Below are positions 10,801 to 19,315 of a stretch of DNA of 64,000 nt, piece after piece (positions within the stretch are counted from its first letter, which is position 1; each line of letters begins with the position of its first letter). The notes under the pieces are model-generated. The model did not search any database, was not told the DNA's origin, and saw only the letters and a list, made by a program, of their open reading frames with translations. A program made the translations under genes and the position numbers. Source of the stretch: Promethearchaeota archaeon (GTDB lineage: Archaea > Asgardarchaeota > Lokiarchaeia > Sigyniarchaeales > SOKP01). The stretch covers positions 658,355 to 722,354 of the forward strand of contig JAHPZA010000009.1 of NCBI GenBank assembly GCA_019058445.1, read 5' to 3'.

Positions 10801-11713
10801 TCGCCAAGGGATTGAAACTAAACCAACTGAACTTAAAGTAAGAAAAGAAGATGGAACCATTATATGGATAAATTATCACAGTTCTATGATTGTTTTAGAT
10901 GGAAAGATATTAATTGAGTCTATCGCACAAGATATCACAGAAAAGAAAAAAGCAGAAGAATTAATAAAAGAAGAAGTTAAAAAACTAAAAGAATTAGACC
11001 AGATTAAGACAGATTTTATTGATAGGGCTTCTCATGAGTTAAAAACCCCATTAAACTCTATTTATGGAGCTTCAACTTTTCTTATAGATTATTATAAAGA
11101 TTTTATAGATGATAAAGCTAAAGATCTGTTGGAGATCATTAAGAAAGGAGGAGAGAGGTTACTTCAATTAATCGAGGATTTACTTGATGTATCACAATTA
11201 GAATCAGGAAGATTACACTTAAAAACTCAAAAAGAAAACATAGTTGAGATAATTTATGAATGCGTAAATGATCTGAGATACTTAGCAGAAAAACGTCAAT
11301 TAAGTTTCAATCTCAAAATCCAAAACGACTATTATTTAGAAGTGGATAAGATTAGATTCGAACAGGTTATAACGAACTTGATTTTAAATGCTATCAAAAA
11401 TACATTACCTAGGGGGATTATTTCTATAGATATGGAAAAGCATGAAGCCTCTGTAGATATATTAATTAAAGATACGGGTGTTGGATTTACTGAGAAAGAA
11501 AAGGAAAATGCTTTCAAAAAATTTGGTAAGATTGAAAGATATGGTAAAGGCATGGATATTGATACTGAAGGTTCAGGTTTAGGATTGTATATCTCTAAAA
11601 AAATAGTCGAATTACATCATGGAAAAATTTGGATCGAATCTGAAGGAAGAAAAAAAGGATCAAAGGTAATAGTAAAACTTCCTACTAGCCAAGAAAGTTC
11701 TATTCTTTATTAG
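7814..11713 (+). CDS. Multi-sensor histidine kinase (2 GAF-like and 5 PAS-like modules, HisKA, HATPase_c)
   Basis: 1299 aa. Five PAS-end signatures: SRDITEIK, LRDVSEQKKAE, ALDITKRKK, GQDITERRKAE, AQDITEKKKAE. H box DRASHELKTPLNSI. ATPase G boxes DTGVGF and GSGLGLYISKKIVELHHGKIWIES. The track start is TTG at 7814; ATG at 7835 (MEEIKSK) is an alternative start. Confidence 0.9.
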   Translation: MIELAYVMEEIKSKLNKLKLKSEFLKNKINSEFNKDCDEFKALIEDIEDVLDRVNTDMIRDDFEHKLEFEGTISNILSRFVGIYDYDSAINTSLADIGVLSGASRSYLFLFSEDNKKMSNTHEWCSEGVSPQIDFLQNLSMEYYHWAIEKLESEGIIYIKDVSKIPIEAEAERQEFERENIKSLINIPLKIKGKLSGFIGFDNVRKTGKWDKRNFDLLRVSSQIIANVIERKRAEQELKNLNEKLEETVEERTKELRESEEKYRLISEDSDDLIAIYDENFNIEYQNKSTHSRILGYDSHKLRKKNFRYSIIHKDDFENYVNVVREGYNKGNFKHQIRLKQKDGVFLWFEVRGKTYFDKYHRKKILVVSRDITEIKSVEQKLRESEKNFRNLINNVSDVIMKVDLDGKINYTSPQIYDLFGYEEKELIGYHPFDFIHPEDLPKFEKLRKDAPNYRESYTFEFRAKHKKGHYISIFAKGNIIREKGKVRIIGVLRDVSEQKKAEIELREKTATIESIFRAAPTGIGMVVDREIKQVNNRFCELVGYSSNELIGKNAKIVYASEKDYDYVGKEKYDQIKEHGIGTVETQFKRKDGKIIDVLLSSVPINPKDLSAGVTFTALDITKRKKIEDKLRDRSKKLEILNRIITESNKAKDLSLLLEEILSSTLELMNFDGGGIYLVDKSSGTAEIVCHEGLSYDFINTVKKVNIDDPPYKIVFIQGQPVIAEDFLDFSPFIAKKGNIVSLASIPLIGKDGIIGALNLASKTHHYFSREEEDILQSIGRETGTIIQKILAEHKLVKEREKASLYLNLVDVIVVTLDIKGNISLLNKKGYDILEYEEGELIGKNWFENCIPPDKRDGILEYFKGLMSGEINVIPFYENPVYTKNGNEKLISWSTIILKDKSENIIGSLSSGQDITERRKAEENLRESEEKYRHLFESSPHAIILTNKEGIVKDFNMATIKMFGYRKDEVIGKNYTDLRTFTPDQMSYFIKTYKKLRQGIETKPTELKVRKEDGTIIWINYHSSMIVLDGKILIESIAQDITEKKKAEELIKEEVKKLKELDQIKTDFIDRASHELKTPLNSIYGASTFLIDYYKDFIDDKAKDLLEIIKKGGERLLQLIEDLLDVSQLESGRLHLKTQKENIVEIIYECVNDLRYLAEKRQLSFNLKIQNDYYLEVDKIRFEQVITNLILNAIKNTLPRGIISIDMEKHEASVDILIKDTGVGFTEKEKENAFKKFGKIERYGKGMDIDTEGSGLGLYISKKIVELHHGKIWIESEGRKKGSKVIVKLPTSQESSILY

Positions 11714-11720
11714 GATCCTT

Positions 11721-12464
11721 TTAATTTAGAAGATTAAATAGCATATCAAAATCTGAGAAATCAAAAGGTTTTAGTATAAATCCATTTGCTCCTGTTTCCG
11801 CTATTTTTTTTGAAACCTCTGCTTCGGGGATTGCAGTAATGTAATAAACTGGGACATTTTTTAGGTTCTCATCATCCTTCATTTTTTTGCATATATCATA
11901 CCCACTTATATCAGGTAACATAATATCTAATAAAACTAATTTGGGTATCGAACGGTTTAATTCTTCTATTGCCCTATTACCTGTAGTAACCCCTAAAGAA
12001 GAATAGCCTTTTATTTCTAGAAAATCAGTTAAAACCAAACTTGTGGATGTATCATCTTCAACTATTAAAATGTCATATTGAGAGCTTTCAGGTTCCATAC
12101 CTGTTAAAAATTCATTGATCTTATTTTCAAGAAATACACTTTGGGCATAAATTTTGTGCATAAAATTCAAAATTTTTGAATCCATTTTCTCTGAATAATT
12201 TTCAAGAATTAATTGTGAAAATCCCTTAATTGAGGTTAAAGGTTCTTTTAAATCATGAGATAATTTTGAGAAGTTTTCAATATAAGCAATTTTATCTTGA
12301 GAATCGATATAAAAATTTACTGATTTTCTAATCAAATTTGAAATGGTTGTAAGTTTCGTACTTTCTACAAATTTTTCCCATTTATTCTTTGTTTTTCCTG
12401 AAACTAATATACCAATTCTTTTTATTTCTTCAGTATCTTTTCCATTTATGGTAATATTAATCAC
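11721..12464 (-). CDS. Response regulator with unusual architecture: RHH-like N-terminus, DHp/H-box segment, receiver domain
   Basis: Receiver motifs ILIVEDD, LVLLDIMLPDISG, YYITA and ILKPFD. Upstream H-box-like LSHDLKEPLTSIKGFSQLI with no ATPase domain. N-terminal KRIGILVSGKTKNKWEKFVE...ISNLIRKSVNFYI looks like a ribbon-helix-helix. Converges on the kinase at 7814-11713 with a 7-nt gap. Confidence 0.8.
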   Translation of the reverse strand: MINITINGKDTEEIKRIGILVSGKTKNKWEKFVESTKLTTISNLIRKSVNFYIDSQDKIAYIENFSKLSHDLKEPLTSIKGFSQLILENYSEKMDSKILNFMHKIYAQSVFLENKINEFLTGMEPESSQYDILIVEDDTSTSLVLTDFLEIKGYSSLGVTTGNRAIEELNRSIPKLVLLDIMLPDISGYDICKKMKDDENLKNVPVYYITAIPEAEVSKKIAETGANGFILKPFDFSDFDMLFNLLN

Positions 12465-12557
12465 TTTCTTTATGATTATTTCTCAATATAAATTACATCA
12501 TATTCATTTTTTAAGGTTAATATTTTTTTATGATAGACTTAATTAAATAATAGAAAT

Positions 12558-12586
12558 CATTGCCGAAGGTTTATCCTTCGGCAATG
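12558..12586. repeat. Perfect 12-bp inverted repeat (hairpin or palindromic site) in a long AT-rich spacer
   Basis: CATTGCCGAAGG-tttat-CCTTCGGCAATG read directly from the sequence. It lies 94 nt upstream of the minus-strand regulator gene start. Confidence 0.6.
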
Positions 12587-13142
12587 AGCTGGGGATATTT
12601 GTGGTTAATTTTATTTAGTATTTGCAAAAAATTTCAATATAACCCTCAATTCTAATAGGAAATAAGATTTATCATCCATAGCTCTATTTACTTTAATCAA
12701 ATTATAGTCTTTGTTAGTTTTGATAATAATTAATGAATGTTTAAAAAAAATGGTAAGAAATAATAATGATTATCTTCTCTCCATTTATTTGAAATATTTA
12801 ATTACATTTTATGTTATTTTTAATACTTAATAATTTTCTTGAGAGTTATACTAATATTTTGAGATCCTAATGATAATATTAGTATTTAAATTTACTCATT
12901 TATGACTATTACATATAGTGGAAAATTATATATATACTAATTTGTATTTAAAAGACAAACATTTAAAAATATGTGCAATATTTTAAAATAAGTAAAGTTT
13001 AATTTGTATAATTGTAAAAAATTGTATAATAGATCTAACCAAAAGATTTTCCATTGTTGAAAATCATTAATAAAAATTAATTTAGGGTTGACAGAGAAAG
13101 TAGAAAATTTGAATAATATTAGGTAAAAAAGGTGATTTTAAA

Positions 13143-14033
13143 ATGGATATGGCTTATAAAGAATTTAATACATATGATAGATGTCCCGAATGTAACGGAA
13201 ATGTTTTAGTTGTTAAAGAAAGAGGTGAAAGAACTTGTTGCCAATGCGGATTAATTATAAATGAAAAAGAGTTTGATTATGTTTATAATGAAAAAATTAT
13301 GTTTAATCGCGAAATTAAGTTAACAAATGCAAGGAATGGTCAAATTATCACTCCTCTATTGCCGGACATATCTTTATGTACTCGTATAGAAAAGAAAGAG
13401 ATTTACAATACTAATTTAAAACGAGCTGTTAAAAGGGACAAGTATTTGCGCTGGGAGAAGAAAAATTTATTAATTGCTATTACAGAATTAAAGAGAATTT
13501 GTTATAACTTAAGCTTGCCTGATCACATTGTAAAAGAAGCATTTAAGCTCTACAAGCGAGCATATAAAAAAAATTTAGTAAAAGGAAGAACAATCGTAGG
13601 TATTGTTGCAGCGTGCATCTATTGTACTTGCAAAAAGGAAACTTCTTCGAGAACATTTCAGGATATTCTAAGCCAATCATCTGTGAATCAAAAATCATTA
13701 AAATACTGTATAAGGACATTAGCAGAGGCCTTTAAGCTAACTATTTCACTTTCTAATCCAATTAATATGATACCTCAATTTATAGCTGAATTGGGGCTGA
13801 GTTATGAAGTTGAGAAACTGACAATTAAGGTATTAGATTCTTATCTAAAGAGAGGGCTTTTAAATGGCAAAAATCCTAAGGGATTATGCGGTGGAGCCAT
13901 TTATATGTGCGCAAAATTTAAAAATCAAAAGATTAACCAGAAAAGAATAGGAGAAGTTGTAGGAGTTGCTGAGGCCACACTTAGAAACCAATACAAAGAA
14001 CTTCTAAATACTCTTGATTTTACTTATGCATGA
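13143..14033 (+). CDS. tfb: Transcription initiation factor B (TFIIB homologue)
   Basis: N-terminal Zn ribbon CPECNG...CCQCG, followed by two cyclin-like repeats (RTIVGIVAACIYCTCK ... GLCGGAIYMCAK). 296 aa. Confidence 0.9.
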   Translation: MDMAYKEFNTYDRCPECNGNVLVVKERGERTCCQCGLIINEKEFDYVYNEKIMFNREIKLTNARNGQIITPLLPDISLCTRIEKKEIYNTNLKRAVKRDKYLRWEKKNLLIAITELKRICYNLSLPDHIVKEAFKLYKRAYKKNLVKGRTIVGIVAACIYCTCKKETSSRTFQDILSQSSVNQKSLKYCIRTLAEAFKLTISLSNPINMIPQFIAELGLSYEVEKLTIKVLDSYLKRGLLNGKNPKGLCGGAIYMCAKFKNQKINQKRIGEVVGVAEATLRNQYKELLNTLDFTYA

Positions 14034-14219
14034 GATTATAAACAATTTATCTAAATAGCATCTCTTTTAAGTTTATAAAAAATCAAAACCCTTTAACTGA
14101 TGACATAAGTTTAAATTTATTTTCTCTATTTTTATTTCAAGAAATTGTTTTAAATGCATAAATAAAATCACTTCTTAAGACAAGTCTGCTCAAATTTATA
14201 TTTAATATCTGCTGGATTA

Positions 14220-15860
14220 TTGTTCATGTCGTTAGAAAATCGCTTAAATTTTGAAAAAGTGGTCTCTAGAATTTCAGCCCGCTTCGTAGGTAATATACAT
14301 TTTGATGAGGCTATTGATTCTTCTATTGAAGATATGGGAAATTTATCAAAAGCAACTTACATTCTCTATTATTCTCTCGAAAAAGGTATATTTAAGAATA
14401 CTCATAAATGGTATATAAAGGGTGCAAATTCATTAAAAAAGTCTATTAAAGAGATCTCAGTAAATGATTTTTCTTGGTGCTTAGGACAATTCGATAAATA
14501 TAGTTTCGTTTTAATTAGAGATGTCACTAAGCTTCAAGAGGGTGCTAAAGCCATCAAAACTATACTAGAAGCCCATAACATTAAATCCTTCCTAGCTTTT
14601 CCTGTTAAAATGAGCAATAAGGTGATCGGATTTATAAGCTTTAATCATGTATTGAAAACGATTGAGTGGAGAGGAAAGGATTTTGCAATATTACGCTTAT
14701 TTTCTGAGCTACTCGGTAAAGCTTTAGAACTCAAACAGGCAGATTTAGAACTTCATTTGAAAGAGGGATTATTAAGAGCTATATTTGAATCAACAGCAGA
14801 AGGTTTATTAACTGTGGATGAAAATGGAAAGATCACACACACTAATGTTCGATTCAACTATATGTGGCGAATACCAAATGATGTTCTTAATAAGGGAAAT
14901 GCAAATGCTTTATTTGATTATACTCTTAACCAATTGGAAGACCCCGAAACATTCATATCAAAAATAGCTATTCTATCTAATTCATCAGAAATTATTTTTG
15001 ATATGATATTTTTTAAGGACCATCGCGTTTTTGATTGTTATTCTTGTCCCTTAATTTTTGAAGGTAAAATAAAAGGAAGAGTTTGGAGCTTTAGAGACAT
15101 CACAGAATTCGTGCACGCAGAGAAAATGCTTCGAAAATCAGAAAAACAGTATAAAAATGCCTATGATCGTGCGAATTTTTATAAAGATTTATTTACTCAT
15201 GACATGAATAACATTCTTCACAATATTAAGTCTTCTGTTGAGCTATTTTCGATACTTAAAAATCAACCAGAAAAGAAACAAGAATTAGATGAATTAAATC
15301 ATATTATAGAAAGACAATGTATTAGGGGAACAAAATTAGTAAATAATGTTCGGAAATTATCTGAACTTGATACTAAGGAAATTATCTTAAAACCAGTTAA
15401 TATTTTTGAAGTATTAAATGATGCCATAAAATATTTTGATAAAAATTCGCATGAGAAAAAGATAAATGTTAATGTTAAAGTTCCAGATAAAGATTTGTTA
15501 GTTCAGGCAAATGAGTTATTATTGGATGTTTTTGAAAATATTTTAAATAATGCTGTTAAATATACTGATAATCCTATCGTGGACATTAATGTTGTTGTTT
15601 CAAAAGAACAACTTAATGGTTATATATATATAAAAACCATGCTTATTGATAAAGGAATCGGGATTTCTGATAATCAAAAAGAGCTAATTTTTAAAGGGGG
15701 ATTTAGGACAGACCAAAACATTAGAGGAATGGGATTAGGATTATCCCTGGTGAAAAATATAATAGAAAGCTATAAAGGTCAAATTTGGGTTGAGGATCGA
15801 GTTAAAGGTGATTATAGGAAAGGAAGCAATTTTGTGGTTTTAATCCCCGAATCAAACTAA
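14220..15860 (+). CDS. GAF-PAS sensor histidine kinase
   Basis: N-terminal GAF-like region similar to the start of the 1299-aa kinase (SRISARFVG...). One PAS module ending in FRDITEF. H box FTHDMNNILHNIKSS. ATPase region DKGIGISD and GMGLGLSLVKNIIESYKGQIWVEDR. ATG at 14226 is an alternative start. Confidence 0.85.
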   Translation: MFMSLENRLNFEKVVSRISARFVGNIHFDEAIDSSIEDMGNLSKATYILYYSLEKGIFKNTHKWYIKGANSLKKSIKEISVNDFSWCLGQFDKYSFVLIRDVTKLQEGAKAIKTILEAHNIKSFLAFPVKMSNKVIGFISFNHVLKTIEWRGKDFAILRLFSELLGKALELKQADLELHLKEGLLRAIFESTAEGLLTVDENGKITHTNVRFNYMWRIPNDVLNKGNANALFDYTLNQLEDPETFISKIAILSNSSEIIFDMIFFKDHRVFDCYSCPLIFEGKIKGRVWSFRDITEFVHAEKMLRKSEKQYKNAYDRANFYKDLFTHDMNNILHNIKSSVELFSILKNQPEKKQELDELNHIIERQCIRGTKLVNNVRKLSELDTKEIILKPVNIFEVLNDAIKYFDKNSHEKKINVNVKVPDKDLLVQANELLLDVFENILNNAVKYTDNPIVDINVVVSKEQLNGYIYIKTMLIDKGIGISDNQKELIFKGGFRTDQNIRGMGLGLSLVKNIIESYKGQIWVEDRVKGDYRKGSNFVVLIPESN

Positions 15861-16056
15861 TTTTCTGAATCTTATTATCCATTCTTAAAAATTTAATCTG
15901 AAACATACATTTTTTAATTATTTGAAACAACAAACTTGAAATCGGTTTTTAAAAACCATTTTTTAAAAATAAACCCAGAGTTTAATTAGCTTGGTATATT
16001 TATAATATTGAGAAAGAAAAAATTGGAAGAATTAGAAGTATATTGTAGTGAAATAA

Positions 16057-17208
16057 TTGAATTTTAAAGAATTAGGTATTAAACGCATTGAAACTATCAA
16101 TGCTTTAAATGAATTAAACATAACTTATCCTACACCTGTCCAAGAACAGGCAATTCCTTTGATTTTGGGGGGTCATAATATTATGGCTCAGTCTAAAACA
16201 GGAACTGGGAAGACGTTAGCTTTTGTTATACCAATAATTGAGAGATTATCCTTTCAATCTAATGAAGCATTAATTTTAGTCCCAACTCGGGAACTTGCAA
16301 AGCAGGTTAATAATGTTGTTAAGGATCTAGGAAATAGCAAAATAAAGTCGCAAACTGTATACGGGGGCGTCTCAATAAATAATCAAATTCGAAAACTAGA
16401 ACAAGGAATACACATTATTGTTGGAACACCTGGGAGAATTATTGATTTATACAAAAGGAGAAAATTAAATTTAGCTAACATTAAATTTGTAGTGTTAGAT
16501 GAGGGTGATAGGCTCTGGGATATGGGTTTTGCTCCAGATGTCAAATACATATTAAACCAAATCAAGTCTAAATATCAATTCATGTTATTTTCAGCCACAT
16601 TGGATTATGATATGAGGGAATTAGTGAAGAAATACTCTAAAAATAAATTTGATTTTCTCAATTTAAGCAGAGATGATCTAACCGTTAAAAACACACTACA
16701 GTTTTATTATTTAATTGATAGATTTGAACAGAAATTCAAAACATTTTTGGAGATTTTAAGAAAAGAAAGGCCAAAACATGCACTTGTATTTGTTAATACA
16801 AAAAAAACGGCTAATTGGCTATTTAATAGATTAAAATCAAATAAAGGGAATCATAATAAAATTGGATTAATTTCAGGTAATTTATCCCAATTTCAACGTG
16901 AAAAAATTCTAAAGGAATATCGAGATCACAAAATTAACATGCTCATAGCTACTGATGTGGCAGCAAGAGGTTTAGATATTGAGAATATATCTCACGTTTT
17001 TAACTATGATGTTCCTAAATTTCCTGAGAATTACGTTCACAGGATAGGTAGAACATCCCGTATGAATAAAAGAGGTATAGCAATTACTCTCTGTCTAAAG
17101 GACGAGTATGAGTACCTGTGTCATATAGAGGGTTTAATAGATAAGGAGATAAGACTGAAAACTCTTGAAAGTCAAAAACGCGCAAGGCACAGATTTACTA
17201 TTTATTAG
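16057..17208 (+). CDS. DEAD-box family RNA helicase (motif II variant DEGD)
   Basis: Q motif PTPVQ, motif I AQSKTGTGKT, Ia PTRELA, TPGR, motif II VLDEGD, III SAT, V ATDVAARGLD, VI HRIGRTSR. Confidence 0.9.
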   Translation: MNFKELGIKRIETINALNELNITYPTPVQEQAIPLILGGHNIMAQSKTGTGKTLAFVIPIIERLSFQSNEALILVPTRELAKQVNNVVKDLGNSKIKSQTVYGGVSINNQIRKLEQGIHIIVGTPGRIIDLYKRRKLNLANIKFVVLDEGDRLWDMGFAPDVKYILNQIKSKYQFMLFSATLDYDMRELVKKYSKNKFDFLNLSRDDLTVKNTLQFYYLIDRFEQKFKTFLEILRKERPKHALVFVNTKKTANWLFNRLKSNKGNHNKIGLISGNLSQFQREKILKEYRDHKINMLIATDVAARGLDIENISHVFNYDVPKFPENYVHRIGRTSRMNKRGIAITLCLKDEYEYLCHIEGLIDKEIRLKTLESQKRARHRFTIY

Positions 17209-17277
17209 ATAATCTATCCCTATCAATTAAAATTTCGTAATAAAAATCTTTTAAAATTAAGATTTAAATTACTAATT

Positions 17278-17901
17278 ATGGCAGAAGAGAGAAAGTTTAT
17301 AGATAAACTTTTAGACATCCTTCCAGGAGGAATATATGGAATACTATCCCTCATTGCAAGAATTTCAGGTGATTTTATAGCTTTTCTTTTTTTCCCGGGA
17401 TATAGTATTTTTAATAATATGGTAAGTGACTTAGGAGTGGGCGAAGGAGGAATTTTTTTTAGTTTAGGATTAATCATATCTGGAATCATCTGTGTTCCAT
17501 TTTATATTACACTTGCAAGGTCACTTAAGAGCGAAGAAATTAGTGAAAAATCGATAAAAACAGGATTAATCTTTTTTTACATTTCTGATATTGCTTATAT
17601 TCTTGTAGGTTTTTTTCCCTCCATTGAAGAAAATTATATTATTTATACGACTCATGGGGTTTTAGCAGTTATCAGTTGGCTTACAGGAATAGTCTATTTA
17701 ATAACTTTCAGTAAATTAATGCTTAAACATGATAATTATACAAAATTACCAGCGTATTCTGGATTTTTTTTGATAGGTTTTATGCTTCTATTTCTGTTTA
17801 CGTGGATTCCTATTTTAGAATGGGTAATGACATTTGCGTTTATTAGTTGGTTAATAATAATTTCATGTTATGTACGTTATAACAGATTAGATGAAATATA
17901 A
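17278..17901 (+). CDS. Six-TM membrane protein, DUF998-like, tandem paralogue 1 of 3
   Basis: Shares the motif PGGI(Y/F)G(I/L)LS...FPGY(S/N)IFNNM(V/I)SDLGVG(E/K)GGIFF with the next ORF. Hydrophobic throughout. The DUF998 assignment is from memory of the family SDLG signature. Confidence 0.5.
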   Translation: MAEERKFIDKLLDILPGGIYGILSLIARISGDFIAFLFFPGYSIFNNMVSDLGVGEGGIFFSLGLIISGIICVPFYITLARSLKSEEISEKSIKTGLIFFYISDIAYILVGFFPSIEENYIIYTTHGVLAVISWLTGIVYLITFSKLMLKHDNYTKLPAYSGFFLIGFMLLFLFTWIPILEWVMTFAFISWLIIISCYVRYNRLDEI

Positions 17902-17939
17902 TCATAATTTTTAAAATTCAGAATTCAATCTTATAACTT

Positions 17940-18605
17940 ATGGATAAACCTACTAAATTAATAGACAAAATTCTCGAAGTTATACCTGGAGGAATATTTG
18001 GATTATTATCTGTAGTCAGCATAATTTTAGGAGAATTATTTGCATTCTTGCTATTTCCGGGATATAACATTTTTAATAACATGATCTCTGATCTTGGAGT
18101 TGGAAAAGGAGGGATTTTTTTTAATTTAGGCTTAATAATATCCGGTATAATTATAATCCCCTATTATATACACCTCGCAAAATCCATAAAAGGTGAAAAT
18201 ATTAAGGAAGATCTCAGGAGATATGCAATATTAGCAGCAATTCTTTCTTGCATAACATTTTCCCTGCTGGGTATGTTTCCGGCTATAGAGGATAATATAA
18301 TTATTTATTACGCTCATGGTATTTTGGCAACGATTAGCATTGCTAGCGGATTAGGGTATTTATTATTGTATAGCATTTTGATGTATAAAGCCCAAAACTA
18401 TTCGAAATCCCAAGCGTACCATGGGTTTGTTGTTGCAGTACTATACGCTGCGTTTCTTCTTACATGGATACCTCTAGTTGAGTGGGTGATGAATCTGGCG
18501 ATACTAAGCTGGATAACAATAAATTCTATATATTTGTTATATTTAAACAAGCAAGAAAAACTAACTTTTAAAGATAAACTGGTAAATAATGAAAAAATTG
18601 GATAA
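17940..18605 (+). CDS. Six-TM membrane protein, DUF998-like, tandem paralogue 2 of 3
   Basis: Collinear similarity to 17278-17901 (LPGGIFGLLS, FPGYNIFNNMISDLGVGKGGIFFNLGLIISGI, TWIPLVEWVM). Confidence 0.5.
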   Translation: MDKPTKLIDKILEVIPGGIFGLLSVVSIILGELFAFLLFPGYNIFNNMISDLGVGKGGIFFNLGLIISGIIIIPYYIHLAKSIKGENIKEDLRRYAILAAILSCITFSLLGMFPAIEDNIIIYYAHGILATISIASGLGYLLLYSILMYKAQNYSKSQAYHGFVVAVLYAAFLLTWIPLVEWVMNLAILSWITINSIYLLYLNKQEKLTFKDKLVNNEKIG

Positions 18606-19212
18606 ATTTATTACTTCTTTCTTCAACTATATTCCAGGGGGTGTTTTTGGTCTATTATCTGTATTTTTAGCCATTCTATTTGTTTTTTTGTCATATCTTC
18701 TTTTCCCCGGTTATAACATGCTAAATAATGATATTAGTGTATTAGGGATCGGACCAGGATTATCAGCATCACTCTTTAACAATGGATTAAAAATCACAGG
18801 AATTACTGCAATACCTTTTTTTATTTATTTTGGAAGAATTTTAAGAAAGGAACCTGATAATCAAATATATGTTAAATCAGCAGTAAGATTATCTATTGTT
18901 GGATGTATAGCATTATCATTAATAGGTTTTTTTCCGGTTATCAATCGTACAATGGGTATAATTCATGCTGGCTTAGCGTTAATTTTTTTTTTATGTTCTA
19001 TAATCAATTTAGTCTATTTTAGCATGGCAATTTTAAAAGATCAAAAATTTTCAAAAAATCATGCATATTTTGGATTTATTATAGCAGGGTTGATTGCTTT
19101 TTATATTGCTGTGAGATGGTCTATTGTAGAATGGATTGTTTTTTTTGTATTAGGATTTTGGATAATAGATATCAGTATCTATATATTTTATAAAAAATTT
19201 AGCATACAATAA
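18589..19212 (+). CDS. Six-TM membrane protein, DUF998-like, tandem paralogue 3 of 3 (more divergent)
   Basis: IPGGVFGLLS, FPGYNMLNNDISVLGIG, SIVEWIVF. Its start overlaps the stop of paralogue 2 by 17 nt. Confidence 0.5.
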   Translation: MKKLDKFITSFFNYIPGGVFGLLSVFLAILFVFLSYLLFPGYNMLNNDISVLGIGPGLSASLFNNGLKITGITAIPFFIYFGRILRKEPDNQIYVKSAVRLSIVGCIALSLIGFFPVINRTMGIIHAGLALIFFLCSIINLVYFSMAILKDQKFSKNHAYFGFIIAGLIAFYIAVRWSIVEWIVFFVLGFWIIDISIYIFYKKFSIQ

Positions 19213-19315
19213 CAGATTATGCTTATTTTTTTAAATAAAAGGAAGAAGTTATTTTATTTATTAAAAAAAATACATTTAAAAATTAGAGAAAGTAATTTTT
19301 AATGGGTAAACTACA

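Noticed and set aside
7774-11553. Nested ORFs 7774-8031(-), 8178-8366(+), 9329-9574(-), 9535-9750(-), 10174-10428(-) and 11332-11553(-) within the 1299-aa kinase gene
   Set aside because: All overlap the kinase CDS, whose PAS, GAF, HisKA and ATPase motifs are unambiguous. None of the nested ORFs has a recognisable motif.
12343-12546. Plus-strand 67-aa ORF overlapping the 5' end of the response-regulator gene
   Set aside because: It is antisense to a CDS with clear receiver motifs, and its composition is F/I/L-rich junk.
17223-17489. Minus-strand 88-aa ORF overlapping the start of DUF998-like paralogue 1
   Set aside because: It overlaps a CDS that has two collinear paralogues downstream. The antisense product has no paralogue support.
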